Of a stretch of DNA of 64,000 nt, positions 12,948-27,081 are shown one piece after another. The translations under genes were made by a program, and so were the position numbers. The notes beneath the pieces were generated by a model, which was given only the letters and a program-made list of their open reading frames with translations, was not told the origin of the DNA and made no database searches. The stretch lies in NCBI RefSeq assembly GCF_009914755.1, contig NC_060947.1. One strand, written 5' to 3'. The DNA is from the human T2T-CHM13v2.0 reference genome, Homo sapiens. Each line of letters begins with the position of its first letter. The first letter of the stretch is position 1.

Positions 12948-15944
12948 ATGCCTGTTCAGTTCTCAATAAATCTCAGCTATTGTATTGTTAACAGTAACAA
13001 TAATGTAATTATGAATCCCAGTGTAAATTATTTGATATATAAACCTAAGATAAAGACATTTATTCAATTATACATATATGAAATTTGACCTGATAGCTCT
13101 TCATGAAACTTATAACCTCTTATCTGGAATTATTGTGATGGTAAAGGGATCACCATTTTAAAATATATACTCAGTGATATTTTCTAGAAATATATTATAA
13201 GCAACAATTGTATAAGGAAGACACAGGAAAAAAAATCAAGTTTTTCTTATGACCAATGTCTTCCCACTCTACCATTTCTAAGACCTCAGATACTGGATTT
13301 CATGTACTGTAACCTATGAGTCAGTAACCATCAACTCCCAATATCATTTCATTTGTAGTAGGTCCACCATGTATCAGGCAGACCTTTCACAGTGATAGAT
13401 AGTATACAGAAGCTACCATGCTGAGATAGCAACAGTTTGCCATAATCTCATGAAACACCACTAATAGGAGACTGCTGGCAGAGTCAATATAATGCATAAT
13501 GTGCTTAGAGACATTTCTGAACCAATTGTACCAGTCATACATCTAGCACAGAATAGATAAGTAAATGGAAATATTGACTTTGACACAGGAGACATGTTTT
13601 AAACAAGAATACCCAAGCTGGATAAGATTTGAGGTCAATTTTGGTAACTTTTAAAAATATCCCTGTCTAAGTATTGTGACTTTTGTCCCAAGTGCACATT
13701 ACTAGTCACTTTATCTTAGGATACAGGCAGGTAGCTAAGTAATTAATTCTTACCAGGCAGGTTCTGCTAAGCCTCCTCTGGAAGATGACCTTTTTAAAAT
13801 GTTGACCTCACATATAGCTGAATGATGGATGTGTCACTTACTGGCAAGCTCTTTTCTGTTTTGATGGGGAGTGTTTAAGATCATTGGACTTGTAGTCCAC
13901 CTGGTAAATGGTGACAGGATTGTGAGTCTGGATATGATTGAGCAGTTTAGTAATATATATAATTTTCATGACTGTCTGAAATCTCTAGACACCTTTTCAC
14001 TTTTGATCATGATTTCAACTGCTGCCGCCTGAATTACAAATCAAATGTTAGAACAATACATCATGATGCTAGAGGCATAGCTTAGGCATGCCAGCAAGCC
14101 AAATATTGAGTTTTGTGAGGGGGGTTGTGAAAGACAACTTTTTACCTATTTGGAACTAACTTGAAAGCATAGCTTTAGATTTACAAAAATTTAAGGACAC
14201 GGGGATTGCTATTTTGTTAAGGCTTGTTTAGGGACATTGAACCTTAAAAGTCTCAATTTTGAAGAAGTAGTGATTAATATCATTTGGGACAAACAAAGAT
14301 TTTAGAGATGAAATGGTAGGTGACCTTGAATTTGTAATTTGTTTGCAGTGTATCCCAATTAAGAGCGTGGAAAATCTCTGGTTAATATCAAATGTAAGTA
14401 CTCTACATTGTAAAACTGGCAGTAAAGATGGGAACATCTCTGTAAAATAGTTTTATCAAATGAGTGGCTTAGTGTAAGAATTTGATTTAATTTATATATA
14501 TACATTATATTTTATATGGAAATACAACAACATAAATACATCAAATGTGCTTTCATCTTAGACTCTGAAAATTGGTTAATGCCTGAAAATTTCTGAAGTC
14601 CTGGTTGAGGTTTGCTGTTTCTCAGGTGACTTAGGGCTAAGGATTTATAACTTGATTCTAATAAATTCTGTATGTAAAATAGGTTAACTTTATTTAAAAG
14701 GTCTCATGAAATTTTTAAGTGATTATAGGACTTACACTTAAGTTCCTGAGCTAAATTTCTTCTGTCTTATAATCTGACTGATGTCTTCAGTATGACCTCT
14801 AGCTTCTGAACGTCCATTATTTTTTCTCCCGTACACTCTAGTTTCTCTAGTACTATCTTGAGAAATTACAGAACAGGTATTTGTGAAATATTGGAAGCAT
14901 GTACATAGTTCCTGTGTTATTCATATTGGGGATCAGTAAAAGTATTTTAAAGCTAGATGTCATAGTTTTATTCCTCTGTCTCCTCGATATTTACTCCAAA
15001 AATGCAGGAACTCTACAAGAACCATGGAAGCATGCTACTATGTTTGTGTTTATATGTGAGTTACAAGTCAGTCCCTCCAAACACCCACTCCCCAGGAAAT
15101 ATACCTGGACATGTTCATCATCTTAAAACTACTCTGATATTATACTATAAAAATAATGAATTATTCCCTTAAAGAAGTATAGATGTGTCTGAGAAAATAA
15201 AAACCCATGAATCTTCGGATCCTTTAAGAATTATTTTTTTGGAATCTTGATATGTCAAGTGATTCAAAATGTTTGTTATATATGTGCATGTTTGTGTGTT
15301 GCAGACAAGATAATTATATGGAGCAAGCTAATTAATTTATTTTTTCTTATTAACAATTTCTTCATTTACTGAAGGGTGTTTTAAGGTAAATATCTTTATT
15401 ACAACTAAAAATGTACTGAAGAATATGTCATAATATTAGCAAGATTTGCCTAAGCCTGTATAACCAAATTGGCTAAAACAAATATATACACTCTTAAGAT
15501 AAACTAAAGTGAAGTTTAAGCCATACACATATTGTTATGAAGTCTAAATTTTTGTAATAAGAAATAGGAATTCATCACTGGCAAGAGATTTTTAGTTGTA
15601 AATGCTTATAAACATTTTGCAGGTATTTAAAATCCCATTTAGTTATATAAATCATTCTGTGGAAAATAATAAAATTGTGTAAGATCAGAATTGTTCCAGA
15701 AACCTAGGATGCAGGTTACTTTTTAAGGATAACTCCAGAGGCAAAATTAAATATACTCATTATCAGGTTTTATATACTCATTAATATATGTATATGTAAC
15801 ATTAAGAATTGCATAGTTTTTTCCATTTATACCAAGGGAAACAAATTGGAGCTTTTAAATAAAGTCTTTGATTTATTATATTTTCTCCCCACAGATAAAG
15901 AACTTTTGTTCTATTTTTACCTTTGTGATTACTGCATAAACATA

Positions 15945-15947
<3 letters not shown>

Positions 15948-15990
<43 letters not shown>
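15948..15990. repeat. (TA)n microsatellite
   Basis: Read directly from the sequence. Confidence 0.98.
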
Positions 15991-15996
<6 letters not shown>

Positions 15997-16274
15997 CTGT
16001 ATCTACAAATGAAAGAACATTTAATGGAATTAAGATACTTTATCAGAGAACAGTCTATGTTTACTCTATAAAATACTACCTACTCAAATTATCCTTTTAT
16101 ATTCTCAATATAAAAATGATGAAAACAAAATCTACAAAATGTATGAAGATAACCATTTGGGGGTTTTGTTTTTAGTTTGTTCAAATGGATACTTTACTCC
16201 ACTGTGGAACCAGTGGGTTTTGTCCCTGATGTAACAGTGATATTTATATAATTAAATGACTATTTTTGAAAATG

Positions 16275-16395
16275 ACCCTCAAGATAATCTATACCTGCTT
16301 CTTCCTTATAAGTGAGGAAACTGATGTCTGTGACGATGAAGTGACTGACTTAACGGTATGCATCTAATTGGTTGCAGAGCCTGGATTACCACTTT
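16275..16395 (-). mobile_element. MIR fragment
   Basis: MIR core-like 'ttataagtgaggaaactgatg...gaagtgact'. Confidence 0.6.
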
Positions 16396-16535
16396 TGATG
16401 TTTCTCACTTACCTGAGCATCAGTGACATATATCATTTGGTGCAATGCTGGTTTACACCACTCACTGCTTCATCTACCTGCCTTGTTATTCAAATAGGAA
16501 CAACACATTATATCATGGGATTAATACAAATAGTA

Positions 16536-16880
16536 AATGTACATATTAGTCAGGAAATCAGAAATCATTTCAGGTTTTTTAAGTCGGAAGAGTTTCAACT
16601 TAAGAAATTAGAGAACTACATAACCAATGGAAAAACTGAAAACAGAGAGGTCAGGGAAGCTAGCATTTGAGTTCACGAAATCAGAATGTTGGATGATCAG
16701 GAAGCCATTGCTGGCTATATGTGCACCAAAGTGGGTGGTTCACAGGAGGAGCTCACTCAGGAGCTGCCACGGACTCCTCATCTGTCATCTGATTTTGCTA
16801 CAGCTGCCCTTGGAAACTAATGGCCCATTTTTCTCTCAACCCCCAAGGAAAGTACAAATGCTTCGAGTTGGCTGAAACAG
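16536..16880 (-). mobile_element. Possible old ERVL-type LTR fragment
   Basis: The start 'tattagtcagga...agaaatcatttcaggt' resembles antisense ends of old LTRs; family not resolved. Confidence 0.3.
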
Positions 16881-17314
16881 TTCTGGAATATACAAGGAAA
16901 GGAGTTACAGAAAATGTAGTTACAGGTTTCCCCTTGTGATAGAGAGTACAAAGGGGCCGTAATGATGCTGAGTTGACAATAGGCAACATATAAACCAGCA
17001 TGAAATAATAACACCGGACGCTGTCAAGCACAGAGAGGTGTTTGGTAAAAAATATTAAAAGAAATATAACTAAAGCCAATGCCTGCATTTTTAAAAGAAC
17101 AAATTTAGGACAAATTGAAACATTTTAACTTGATTTGAAATTATCTAACCAGGAATGGTTAGGCATTTACTTGAATTTAGATTTAATTAATACATGCACA
17201 TGTATACATATAAAAGTTGGAGAAGTTTCATGATAGTTCTTCTTGTTTGTGGGGTGTTTGTCTGAACATTATCTATATTTACTTTGTTCCTAGATTTTTT
17301 TAATGGAGAATATC

Positions 17315-17387
17315 CATTCAGTATAACATTCAAAGGTTCTTGGGATTAGGATGTGGACAAAATTGAGGGTCCATTACTCAGCCTACA
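17315..17387 (-). mobile_element. MLT1 LTR 5'-end fragment
   Basis: 'aacattcaaaggttcttgggattaggatgtggaca...ccattactcagcctaca', similar to the ends of the two MLT1D copies. Confidence 0.65.
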
Positions 17388-17779
17388 GCAGAAATTGTAG
17401 TTCCAGTAACAGTATGTAAAATTACAAAAATCTTTTAAGTTTCCCAAAGACATTTCTCAGTGTACTAGAACACTTTCTAAGCAGTATTGTCAGTGTACAC
17501 AGAAATGCAGATATGTATGGTAAAGCAGTACATTGTGATGTGGGTTATTTGGACTTGAGTCATTTTGCCTAGACAAAAAGAAACTTTTTTCCTTTGCAAG
17601 TAATATTACCAAAATATTTCCTAGCCTCATTTGATCTCTAAGCTTCACCACACCCCTGGCTTTCTTCAGCCCTAGTGTAAGGTGAGTAATGGGTTGTGCA
17701 TGTAAAGATAATGCGTACCACGGTGTAAGGGCCAGAAATTGGGTGAAGTTTACTGATGGAAGGGGTTATTTCTTACACA

Positions 17780-17990
17780 TTGCTTCAGTTAGCATCCTTT
17801 TGGTCAGAAGAAACAAAATCTAAATCAAATTGGCCTAAATTATGACAGAGATGAATATGTTTATTATTTAACCAATATACACAGACACAGGGTCGGCTTT
17901 AAGCGTGGTTCATAGTTTGAGTTAGAGGTTTTGATAGCATTAGGTCTCCAGCTTGATTCCTCTGTGATTATGTTGGCTCTGTTCCCTGCT
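17780..17990 (-). mobile_element. MLT1J/K-like LTR fragment
   Basis: 'tcagttagcatccttttgg...aaatcaaattggcctaaa...ggctttaagcgtggtt'; degenerate. Confidence 0.45.
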
Positions 17991-18229
17991 TTCCCCTCCC
18001 ACCATCCACTTAGTTTGTTTTGGGGTGATATACGATTGACTTGGAAGATACTAAACTGTACACAGGAAGGGTTCCCTCAAAGAGCTCCTCATCATGTACA
18101 TTCCAGAACTCTCCTAAAAAGGATTCATCTGCAGTCTCATAGTACCTTGTCTGCAGTTTTTCCTTAACCTCCTTTAAATCAAATTTTATATTAGTTCTCT
18201 GTGTACACATTGATAATGACTTGTTAAAC

Positions 18230-18434
18230 CAGGGTTTAGAAAGCAGTTGCCTGTGGAACACATGTGGCCCACAGCGTGTTTTTGTGCAGCCCACAAGCTA
18301 AGAAAAGTTTTTCCAGTTTTTAAAAGGGGTGTAGAAACAAAAGGAAAGGAATAAGTGACTCAGACCTCATGTGGCCTGAAAATCCTAAAATATTTGCTAT
18401 CTGACCTTTTATAGCAAAAGGTTGCCAACCCCTG
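18230..18434. mobile_element. MER58 (MER58C-like) hAT-Charlie MITE
   Basis: Termini 'cagggttt...' and 'ttgccaacccctg'; 8-bp TSD tgttaaac (18222-18229) / tgttagac (18435-18442). Confidence 0.9.
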
Positions 18435-18679
18435 TGTTAGACTATCAGATACAAGGAACTGTCTTATTCCTGACACATTGCTGTTGTGCCTAATGCAGTT
18501 GTTTCCACATAGTGCTGTCATCCTTAAATTGTTCTTCCCATCTACCCTCCTTGGTCAAGCTTTTCTGTTTCATTCGGGGAGGACATGTTGCCATGGGATA
18601 TCTTATTAATTCAGGAGGGGAAGACTTGTGGGAGATGGCTGGTGGACATAGATGAGATAAAAATTCTCACCAATGATAA

Positions 18680-18810
18680 AGTATCTGGGAACTAAAAGGA
18701 CCTTGAACAATGCCCTGTCCAACTGCATCTTGCTACAGAAGAAGAAATAAGGACAAGGGATGGAAGGGGTGTACCCAAGGCCATAGGTCATAATCAGCTG
18801 CTAAGGCATC
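18680..18810 (-). mobile_element. MIR3/MIRc-like fragment
   Basis: 'ctaaaaggaccttgaaca...tccaact...tacagaagaagaaa...cccaaggccata'. Confidence 0.5.
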
Positions 18811-19483
18811 ATCAGGACCCTGCATCTTGGTCCAGTACCACTTCCACCAACCCCTGTTATTTTTTGTGACACAACATCTTTTCCTTATAACCAACTCAGA
18901 TATATACCAAGCTGCTGTATCCATGCGAGGACCATCCGAGACTGTTCTTTTAACCCAAGAGTTTCCCAGAATTCCATAGTTACTGCTGAAAAGAGTGAGA
19001 GTGATCAAGAACTTCCTTAAAAGGATTTTCTCTTTCATTGTGTTTCATTTTCTTCAACCCATCTCATAATACCTCTTGAGATTTCTATAGTCCTTTAATG
19101 CTATGTCCTTGTTCCTTCCCGGTAGTTATATTTCAATGGCCCTAGCTTCAAGATGTCTTTGGCTGCTTTCTAGGAGATCTCGTTGATATTATCTCATTTA
19201 TTTATTGAATAAAGGTGGTGACAAAAATGTACCAGATCTTGACGGTAACTTATGTGATTGTTCATTCAAAGATTGCTAATGGCCTGTTAAAGCCCTTAGA
19301 TTTATTAATTTCCTCATATCTCATTCTCCTTGATTGCCCTCTCATTCCAACTATTAACTGGCTTTGTAACTATAGCTATTATGGTACTTCAGTCTCCAAC
19401 TTGCCTTCCGATTTTTCTGATAGCTCCTTCCCCCTTCTTAGTTCTAATTTTTTCTTCCACCACCTAAGTATGATAACTCTTAG

Positions 19484-19942
19484 TATATTTATTTCCTATT
19501 ACTGCTGTAAGCATTATGGCTAAGTGACTTAAAACAACAGAAATTTATTGTCCTAGATTTCTAGAGGTCAGAAGTCCAAAATGGGGTATATGGGTTAAAA
19601 TTAAGGTGTCAGCACAACTGTGTACTTTTGGAAGCTCTAGGGAAAAATTAATTTCCTTGTCTTTTCTAGCTTCTAAGAGAGGCCTGCGTTTTTTGCCTTG
19701 TGGCTCCTTCCTCCCTCACTCCAAGCTCTGTTTCTGTAATCACATCTCCTTTTTCTGACTTTGACCTTCTTGCCTCCCTGATCACATTGGGAACACTGGA
19801 AGAATCCAGAATAATCTTCCCATCTCAAGTTCCTTAACTTAATCACATCAGCCATGTCCTTTTTGCCATGTAAGGTAACATGTTCACATATTCTAAGGAT
19901 TAAGATGTGTACACTTTGGGGGCCACTATTCTGCCTAGTCTA
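19484..19942 (-). mobile_element. MaLR solo LTR, MLT1D-like
   Basis: Same family as 331-817; perfect 5-bp TSD cttag (19479-19483 / 19943-19947). Confidence 0.9.
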
Positions 19943-21054
19943 CTTAGATTGCCACCATTGGATCTCAGTTGCATTTTATTTTTCAATCTTACTGGTACCC
20001 TCTGCCTGTTTAAAAATGTAAATTGTTTTACAAAAGTATGCCTTGATTCATAAAGGTTATTTATTTGCATTTCAAACTTGTTTTCTGTAAAATTATTCCA
20101 ATCGATTCTTACTTTAATTTACCTACACCTCAATTTAAGCTCCTATTACCACTTGAATTGATTCCATTCAAATAATATCATTTGACCCCCTGATTTCATC
20201 ATCTGGACCATCTGGGTACTCCAAAAGAGTAACCTAAATTACTTTTCAAAGTTTTTCCCTTTACTTTATGTATTCTCAACATACTTTATTCTCTCCCATT
20301 GCTATGCTTTTTCTTTGGTGTCTGAAATTCCTTCTTTGAAAACTCTAGTCAGAATTTCTTATCATTATTCAAGGTCTGTATCTCAATGGTGACTTCTTCA
20401 AATTAATAATTATTTATACCACAAATCCTATGTGTCTCAACCCCTTTTAAATTCTGCCCTTCCCCCTATTGAATTTTGTTATTGTATCTGGCAGTAGTCA
20501 TTTTTCTTTGCTTTGTGTTTTATGTAACTGTGTAGTGTTCTGTCCTATCCTCCTACCACACCACCCAGGGAAGAGAAAACACATCCTGCCCAGATTCATA
20601 TCTCCTAAGTCCTGCTCCGATGTTTTGTACATCAAAGTATAAATAATAGCATTACTGTGATGTTATTTAAAATTACACTGTATGTGGCTGTGCTGATTTA
20701 AGATATGTGTTGAAGAATTCACCTGCCAGCCAACTATACCTAAATGACTGTCTCCTGAATTTATTTCATTAGGAGACTTTTTCTGATTTTAAGAAACACC
20801 TTCTGGCATAGCTTCTGAGTTATTTTTGAAAACCCTATTATAGTTATGTTGGATAGATCAAGTAATCCAGGGTATGTTATGCAACATACCCTTTCTGTAT
20901 TTGTGTATTCATTAGTTGCATTCATATTGACTGAGAAACACTGTGCCAATGTTATGAAGGGTATGCAGATGTGTATGCCAAGGTGGCTGTCTTCTAAAAG
21001 CTTCCAGGAGGATATGTTCCACTGTGACTTTTCCAACTACACAACAGCAGAATT

Positions 21055-21157
21055 CTAGCATTTAGCATGTTTGTGAAACTCCTAGAGGCAATTAACACAT
21101 TATGTGACAGAACCTAGCTCCTTAATGGTATTAAAAATGCTTTTTTGAGGCCAATGA
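21055..21157 (+). repeat. 103-bp dispersed direct repeat, copy 1
   Basis: 98/103 identical to 22310-22412 by manual alignment. Confidence 0.95.
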
Positions 21158-22309
21158 GAACTTGATATACAGCAGGATAATTCTTTAGAAGTATCTTTTA
21201 TTTGACATTTATTAGAAATGAAGTTGTCATGAAAAGGCATGGATGTTTATATGCTGCTATAAGATAGTCATCTCAGCAGGCATTTTGATCAGTCATTACC
21301 TTTGACAGAGAATGGCACAATAGCATGAGAGCCTGCAGAGCTTTCTTTAAAGATGGTTCATATAATAGGGGCATCGTGATACTTGGAGTATTAATCCAAT
21401 ATTGAGGGAAATTCCGTGCCCCTAATGCTTGAATATCTATGCAGATTTTGGAATATGTCATTTTCAGTAGCTTTGACAGATATGTAAATAACCATTTCCC
21501 CAAACTTCATAATTGCCCATGTCATTAATTTTTCTTTTTACTGTTGCAGAACATTTTCCTCTTTACACTCAAGAGGATAAATTATTATTGTGGTTCCATT
21601 TCATTGGAAAGCATACACCTGCATATTTGAGAATCTTTAACATTTGAATGTATAATATATAATATAATTAAGTAAATCTTCAGGTATTGAAAATGTACTT
21701 TTGAATAATCACGTTGGCCTCCTGATAATAAGCAGTGAATAGTAATTGATTAGATTAGTATGCTATTTTTTTGAATATAGTAGCAGTGACTCAATAAGGT
21801 TTAATTGCATTCCTGTAAACATATGGATGGTTCAAGAATTACTTCTTTGTAAATAATATAAATTGGTAAGACTCTGAAGTGAATGACACAGATTTGATAT
21901 AGTAAGACATTTGAATTTCAGCTTCTCTGAGCACTGATACTATTTCATCATTGAAATACAAAATTATGGAAATGCTGAGGAAGAATGAATGCTTATTTAT
22001 AGGCACAAATCACCAATATTAAGCTGTTATCAAAATCTTTACCTAAATTTGTTGGTTGCAAAGTTCTGTAATAGGCTTAAAAATGTGCAGTGTTCAGAAA
22101 GTAAATTCTTATTTGATTTGCCAGATGCAAATAATGTATTTGTTACGTTCATTCAATTATTAAAGAAAATTTATATCATTCTTCCTATCTTGTAGGGTTG
22201 ATATATATTACTTGGAAATGTGAGACAAACGAAATGAGTGTAAACCCTAAGAATATCCATTGGTGGACTAAAATGTAAATTTTAATTTCTGTATTCTCAT
22301 GTAGCTTAA

Positions 22310-22412
22310 CTAGCATTTAGCATGTTTGTGAAACTCCTAGAGGCAGTTTCCACATTATGTGACAGAACCTACCTCCTTAATGGTATTAAAAATGCTTTTA
22401 TGAGGCCAATGA
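22310..22412 (+). repeat. 103-bp dispersed direct repeat, copy 2
   Basis: 98/103 identical to 21055-21157 by manual alignment. Confidence 0.95.
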
Positions 22413-24525
22413 TGTACAATGTACAATAATGTACAATGTTTATATACATTGACTTGCTAATTTATTAAGTATCCACATTTTAGCCTCTTAGACCTACTCT
22501 GAAGTTGACTTAACTTTCAAGATGAACAGTCATTTTTGACACCCTGCCATCCCCTTGCAACAGAGAAAGGTATCCTGATTTTTGTGATTCTCTGGCACCT
22601 AATAGATGCCTCAGTGATATAGTGTTCTTATGGGAAGGTTATATTGTATTTTAAAACATGAAAATACCAGAACAGAGTCAGGATCATGAAGCCAACTCTT
22701 TAGGGGGGTACATTAGCTGGTTCTAAAACCTTTTACCTGTAGAATCCCTATTCTTGCTCCCAGATGCTATATTGTTATTGCAGACATGGATGTTTTAGCT
22801 CCGTTAGCACTGGAGACAAGCTTCCCTACACCATAGTAGTAATATAGGGAGAGAGAACCAGTACATCTTGTGTGAAAGTTTCTTTGCATATTCAAGTAGT
22901 TTCAGAGGCAGCCCAATTATAAGAATTAGGTCTATAATCTTAAATATGCTGTAAAGATCATTAATTATCTGTGTAAATATTGGAGAGGATCAGCATGGAT
23001 AATTAAATTGAATTTATTTGAACATAGGCAGTTTTCACATTGGCTGTTGAAGTTGCTATTTGTGCAAAATATATAATTTACTATAATTAGGACACTTTCT
23101 GAGAAGTTTTTTTTGATGTGCCATATTTTCATGCTCAGCAGAAATACATATAAAGCATAAATATTTTCTTCAGCTACATATTTTTATTTAAATAATCTCC
23201 ATTATTTTAAATTCCTAAACATTTATATTATTTAAAAACCTGAACTAATCTCATTCTTAACTAGGTTTGTAGGCTGGGAGTGTCAGAGCTATGTATAGGA
23301 AAATTTGCTGTCTTTTTACTCATTAGTCTAATCAAGACTAGAATAGACTACGTTGAGTGTTTACTCATATTACAGATGGGACTAAAAATAGAAGATTTCC
23401 AAATTACACATTTAATATGAAACAGGAAGTGATTTTGATGTAGACTATGTAAAAGTTTTCTTCTGACTTTATTAGGTTATTTTTTAATTCATAAAAAGAA
23501 CCCCCAATTGTCTTGATCTTTTTTCTAAAATTTGAACAATTAAATTTTACCTTTACCTACAGTGGCTGTGAAGAGGATCTATATTACGTGGTAGTTATTT
23601 GTACATTTAATTAATTTCTCCTGTCAGTAGGACTGAAAAGTTTTATTCATTTATTTGTACTTACAGCAAAGATAAAGTTAGAGAAGTAATTAAAATGTGG
23701 GTTGTTTTGCTTTCCCACAAATATTGAATGTCATTGACATTTTTGTATCTCTTCTGTTAGCTTAATTAAGAGTTGAATTATTTTAAGCAACAGTTGTATG
23801 TTTTAGTCATTCTAAAAGTTTAATCTACCTGTGAAAATCCACTTTTCACCTGCGGTATTATGTCAAATTGTTTTCTCTAATAACACTTTTATAAGTACAG
23901 TTTATCTCTCCTTAGCAGTATAATTTTGCAAATGTCTTGAAAGTTTCTGATTTGTATGTGTCTCCACTAGTTTACTCTTCTTTTTTTTGACCTGGGACTA
24001 GATCTTAGAATGGTCTGTACATTTAGTAATACTCATCATTTTGCTACTTTTAGAGCTACATCCTGGTTTCATTGTCGTAAATTGAAAGATAAATTTAGAA
24101 TTCATCTTGCCAATGAGTTCAGACAAGAAGAACATCAAAGTCAACATTTAATGTGAGGAAATTGAATATAAACTAGTACTTTTCATGAAATCGTTATATG
24201 TGAACATCAGTCTATATGAAGTCCCATCTCAGTGAAATATCTAACAAAGTATGGCCTGTTAATAGTTTCACTATCATTTCAAGTAATTTTAAAATATAAC
24301 ACGTTTCTAGCATTATAAAATAATTTAGAATATAAAAGGCTCCTTTCCATGTGCTTATTGCCATTTGTATATTTTCTTTGGATAAATTTCTTTTCAAATT
24401 CTTTCCCCATATTTTAATTTGGTTGACTTGAGAGTTTTTTTTAGTTGTCCCTAGACTATTTGTTGAAAAGATTATTATTTCCCACATTGAATTGTCTTGT
24501 TAGCCATATCAAAAATCAGTTGACT

Positions 24526-24635
24526 GGGATTTCTATTACCTCAAACATTAATCGTTTACTTGTGTTGGGAACATTCCAAATCTTCTCTTCTAGCTATTTT
24601 GAAATATAAATATGTACAACTATTATTTATCAATA
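24526..24635 (+). mobile_element. Tiny 5'-inverted L1MA-type insertion
   Basis: Antisense 3'UTR piece followed by the sense terminal piece 'aatatgtacaactattatttatcaataaaaaa'; TSD aaaaatcagttgact / aaaaatcaattgact. Confidence 0.8.
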
Positions 24636-25493
24636 AAAAATCAATTGACTATAAATGTGAGGGTTTATTTTAGGACCACCGATGTCTGTTCTTTTGTTCA
24701 TACCACACACTCTTGATTACTGTTGCTTTCCAGTAAGTTTTGAAATTGGGAAATATGAGTCCTCCAGTTTTGTTCGGGTTTTCAAGATTGTTTTTGCTAT
24801 TCTTGGTCGCTGGTAATTCCAGATGAATTTTAGGCACATCTTGTCAGTTTTGGCCAAAGCGATGCTGAGATGTTGAAAAGGATTGCCTTTTGATAGGGAT
24901 TGCTTTGTCAATCAATATGAAGGGTATTTCCACTGTAATAGTGTTAAATCCTTTGATCCATGAAAGTGGATTTATTTAGGTCTTTAATTTCTGTTAACAA
25001 TGTTTTGCAGTTTTCAGTATACAACTTTTGCACTTCTTTTTTAAAATTTATCCATAAGTGATTTATTATTTTTGATATTATTGTAAATTAATTTGTTTTC
25101 TTAATTTCATTTTCAGATTGCTCATTGTAAGTGTATGGAAATCAAATTATTCTATATTAATTTTGAATGCTGTATCCTTGCTGAACTTGGTTTTTAGCTC
25201 TAATAGGTTTTTCATGTATATGTATAGATTCCTTAGTATTTTCTGTATATAAAATGATGTCATCTGTTAATGCCTATAGTTTTTCTTCTTTTCCATTATA
25301 GTTGCCTCTTATTTCTTTTTCTTATCTAATTTCCTTGGCTAACGTCTCTGGTACAGTGTTGAATGGAAATGGTGAGTGTGGAAACTCTTGTCTTCTTCCT
25401 GATCTTAGGATCCAGCCCTTTACCATTTAGTATGATGTTAGTTATGGTTTTATCATAGATGCCCTTTATCAAGTTGAGGAAGTTCCCTTCTGA

Positions 25494-25833
<340 letters not shown>

Positions 25834-26964
25834 TGGAATTTTTTCAGATTTTTTTTTTCATCTTTTGAGATGGTCATGTGGTTTTGGTTTCTTATTCTTT
25901 TAATATGGTGTATGACATTGATTGAATTTTAGATATTAAATAAGCCTTGCACTCTTGGGAAATATTCCTGTTGGTCATAATATATGCTTTTTATATACTG
26001 CTGGATTCTATTTCCTATTATTTTCTTGAGGAATTTGCATTTATATTTATTAGGGATATTGGTCAGTAGTTTTTACTTCTTGAATTGTCTCTGTCTGGTT
26101 TTGGTATCAGAGTAGTACTGGCCTCATGGAATGAGGTAGGAAGTTTATCATCATCTTTGATGTTTTGGAAGAATCTTTGAAAGGTTGATGTTAATTCTTT
26201 TTTAAATGCTTGGTAGAATAGACCAGTGAGGTGTGGGAGGTTTAAATTTTATTTGTGTCAAGTTTTAAGTTACTGATGCAATGCCTTTACTTGTTACAGG
26301 TCTATTTACATTTTTTGTTTTTGTTCTTCAGACTGAATAAGTTGAATTAATCTATTTTCATGTTTGCAGATTCTTTCTTCTTCCAGCTCAAATTGGCCAT
26401 GGTGTATCTCTGGAGAATTTTTTGCTTTAGTTGTTATACTTTACAACTCCAGAATTTAAATTTGCTTCCTTTATTTAATTTTTATCTCTTTATTAATATT
26501 CTCTGGTTGATGAGATACAATTATTAAGCTGTCCTTTATTTCTTTAACTATGGTTTTCTTTAGTTATGTGCATATTCTTGCAATCGCTGATTTCAAGTCT
26601 GTCTAGTAGGTTCAGTACTTGGGCTCCCTCTGCAACAGTTATTATTGATGGCCTTTTTCTTGTGTATGGGCTATACTTTTCTATTTTGTGTGTATGTGTC
26701 TCAAATTTTTTTTGTTCAACATGGGACACTTTAGATCATATAACATGGCTACTTTGGAAATCAAGTCTGTCCTCCTCCCTGAAGCTCCAGGGTTTGTGTA
26801 GTTGTTTATTTGTTTAGCAACTTTCCTTAACTAATTTTGCAGAGTCTGTATTCTTTTTTAAGGCACAGCCACTGAAATATCTTCTTGGCTAATTCATTGC
26901 TCAGGTAATGATTGAGAATTTTTAAAAATGCCTTGAACCAGTAATTCTCCCAACCTTTGCCCAG

Positions 26965-26968
<4 letters not shown>

Positions 26969-27058
<90 letters not shown>

Positions 27059-27081
27059 TGTGTGTGTGTGTCTGTATGTGT
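26969..27081. repeat. Compound (TC)n(TG)n microsatellite
   Basis: Read directly from the sequence. Confidence 0.98.

Noticed and set aside
12581-12966. Minus-strand ORFs with protein-like sequence
   Set aside because: Frameshifted L1 ORF2 C-terminal remnants, not host genes.
17626-17687. Strong donor AAG|gtgagt with a possible upstream acceptor
   Set aside because: Poor pyrimidine tract and no coding support; isolated donor motifs are common.
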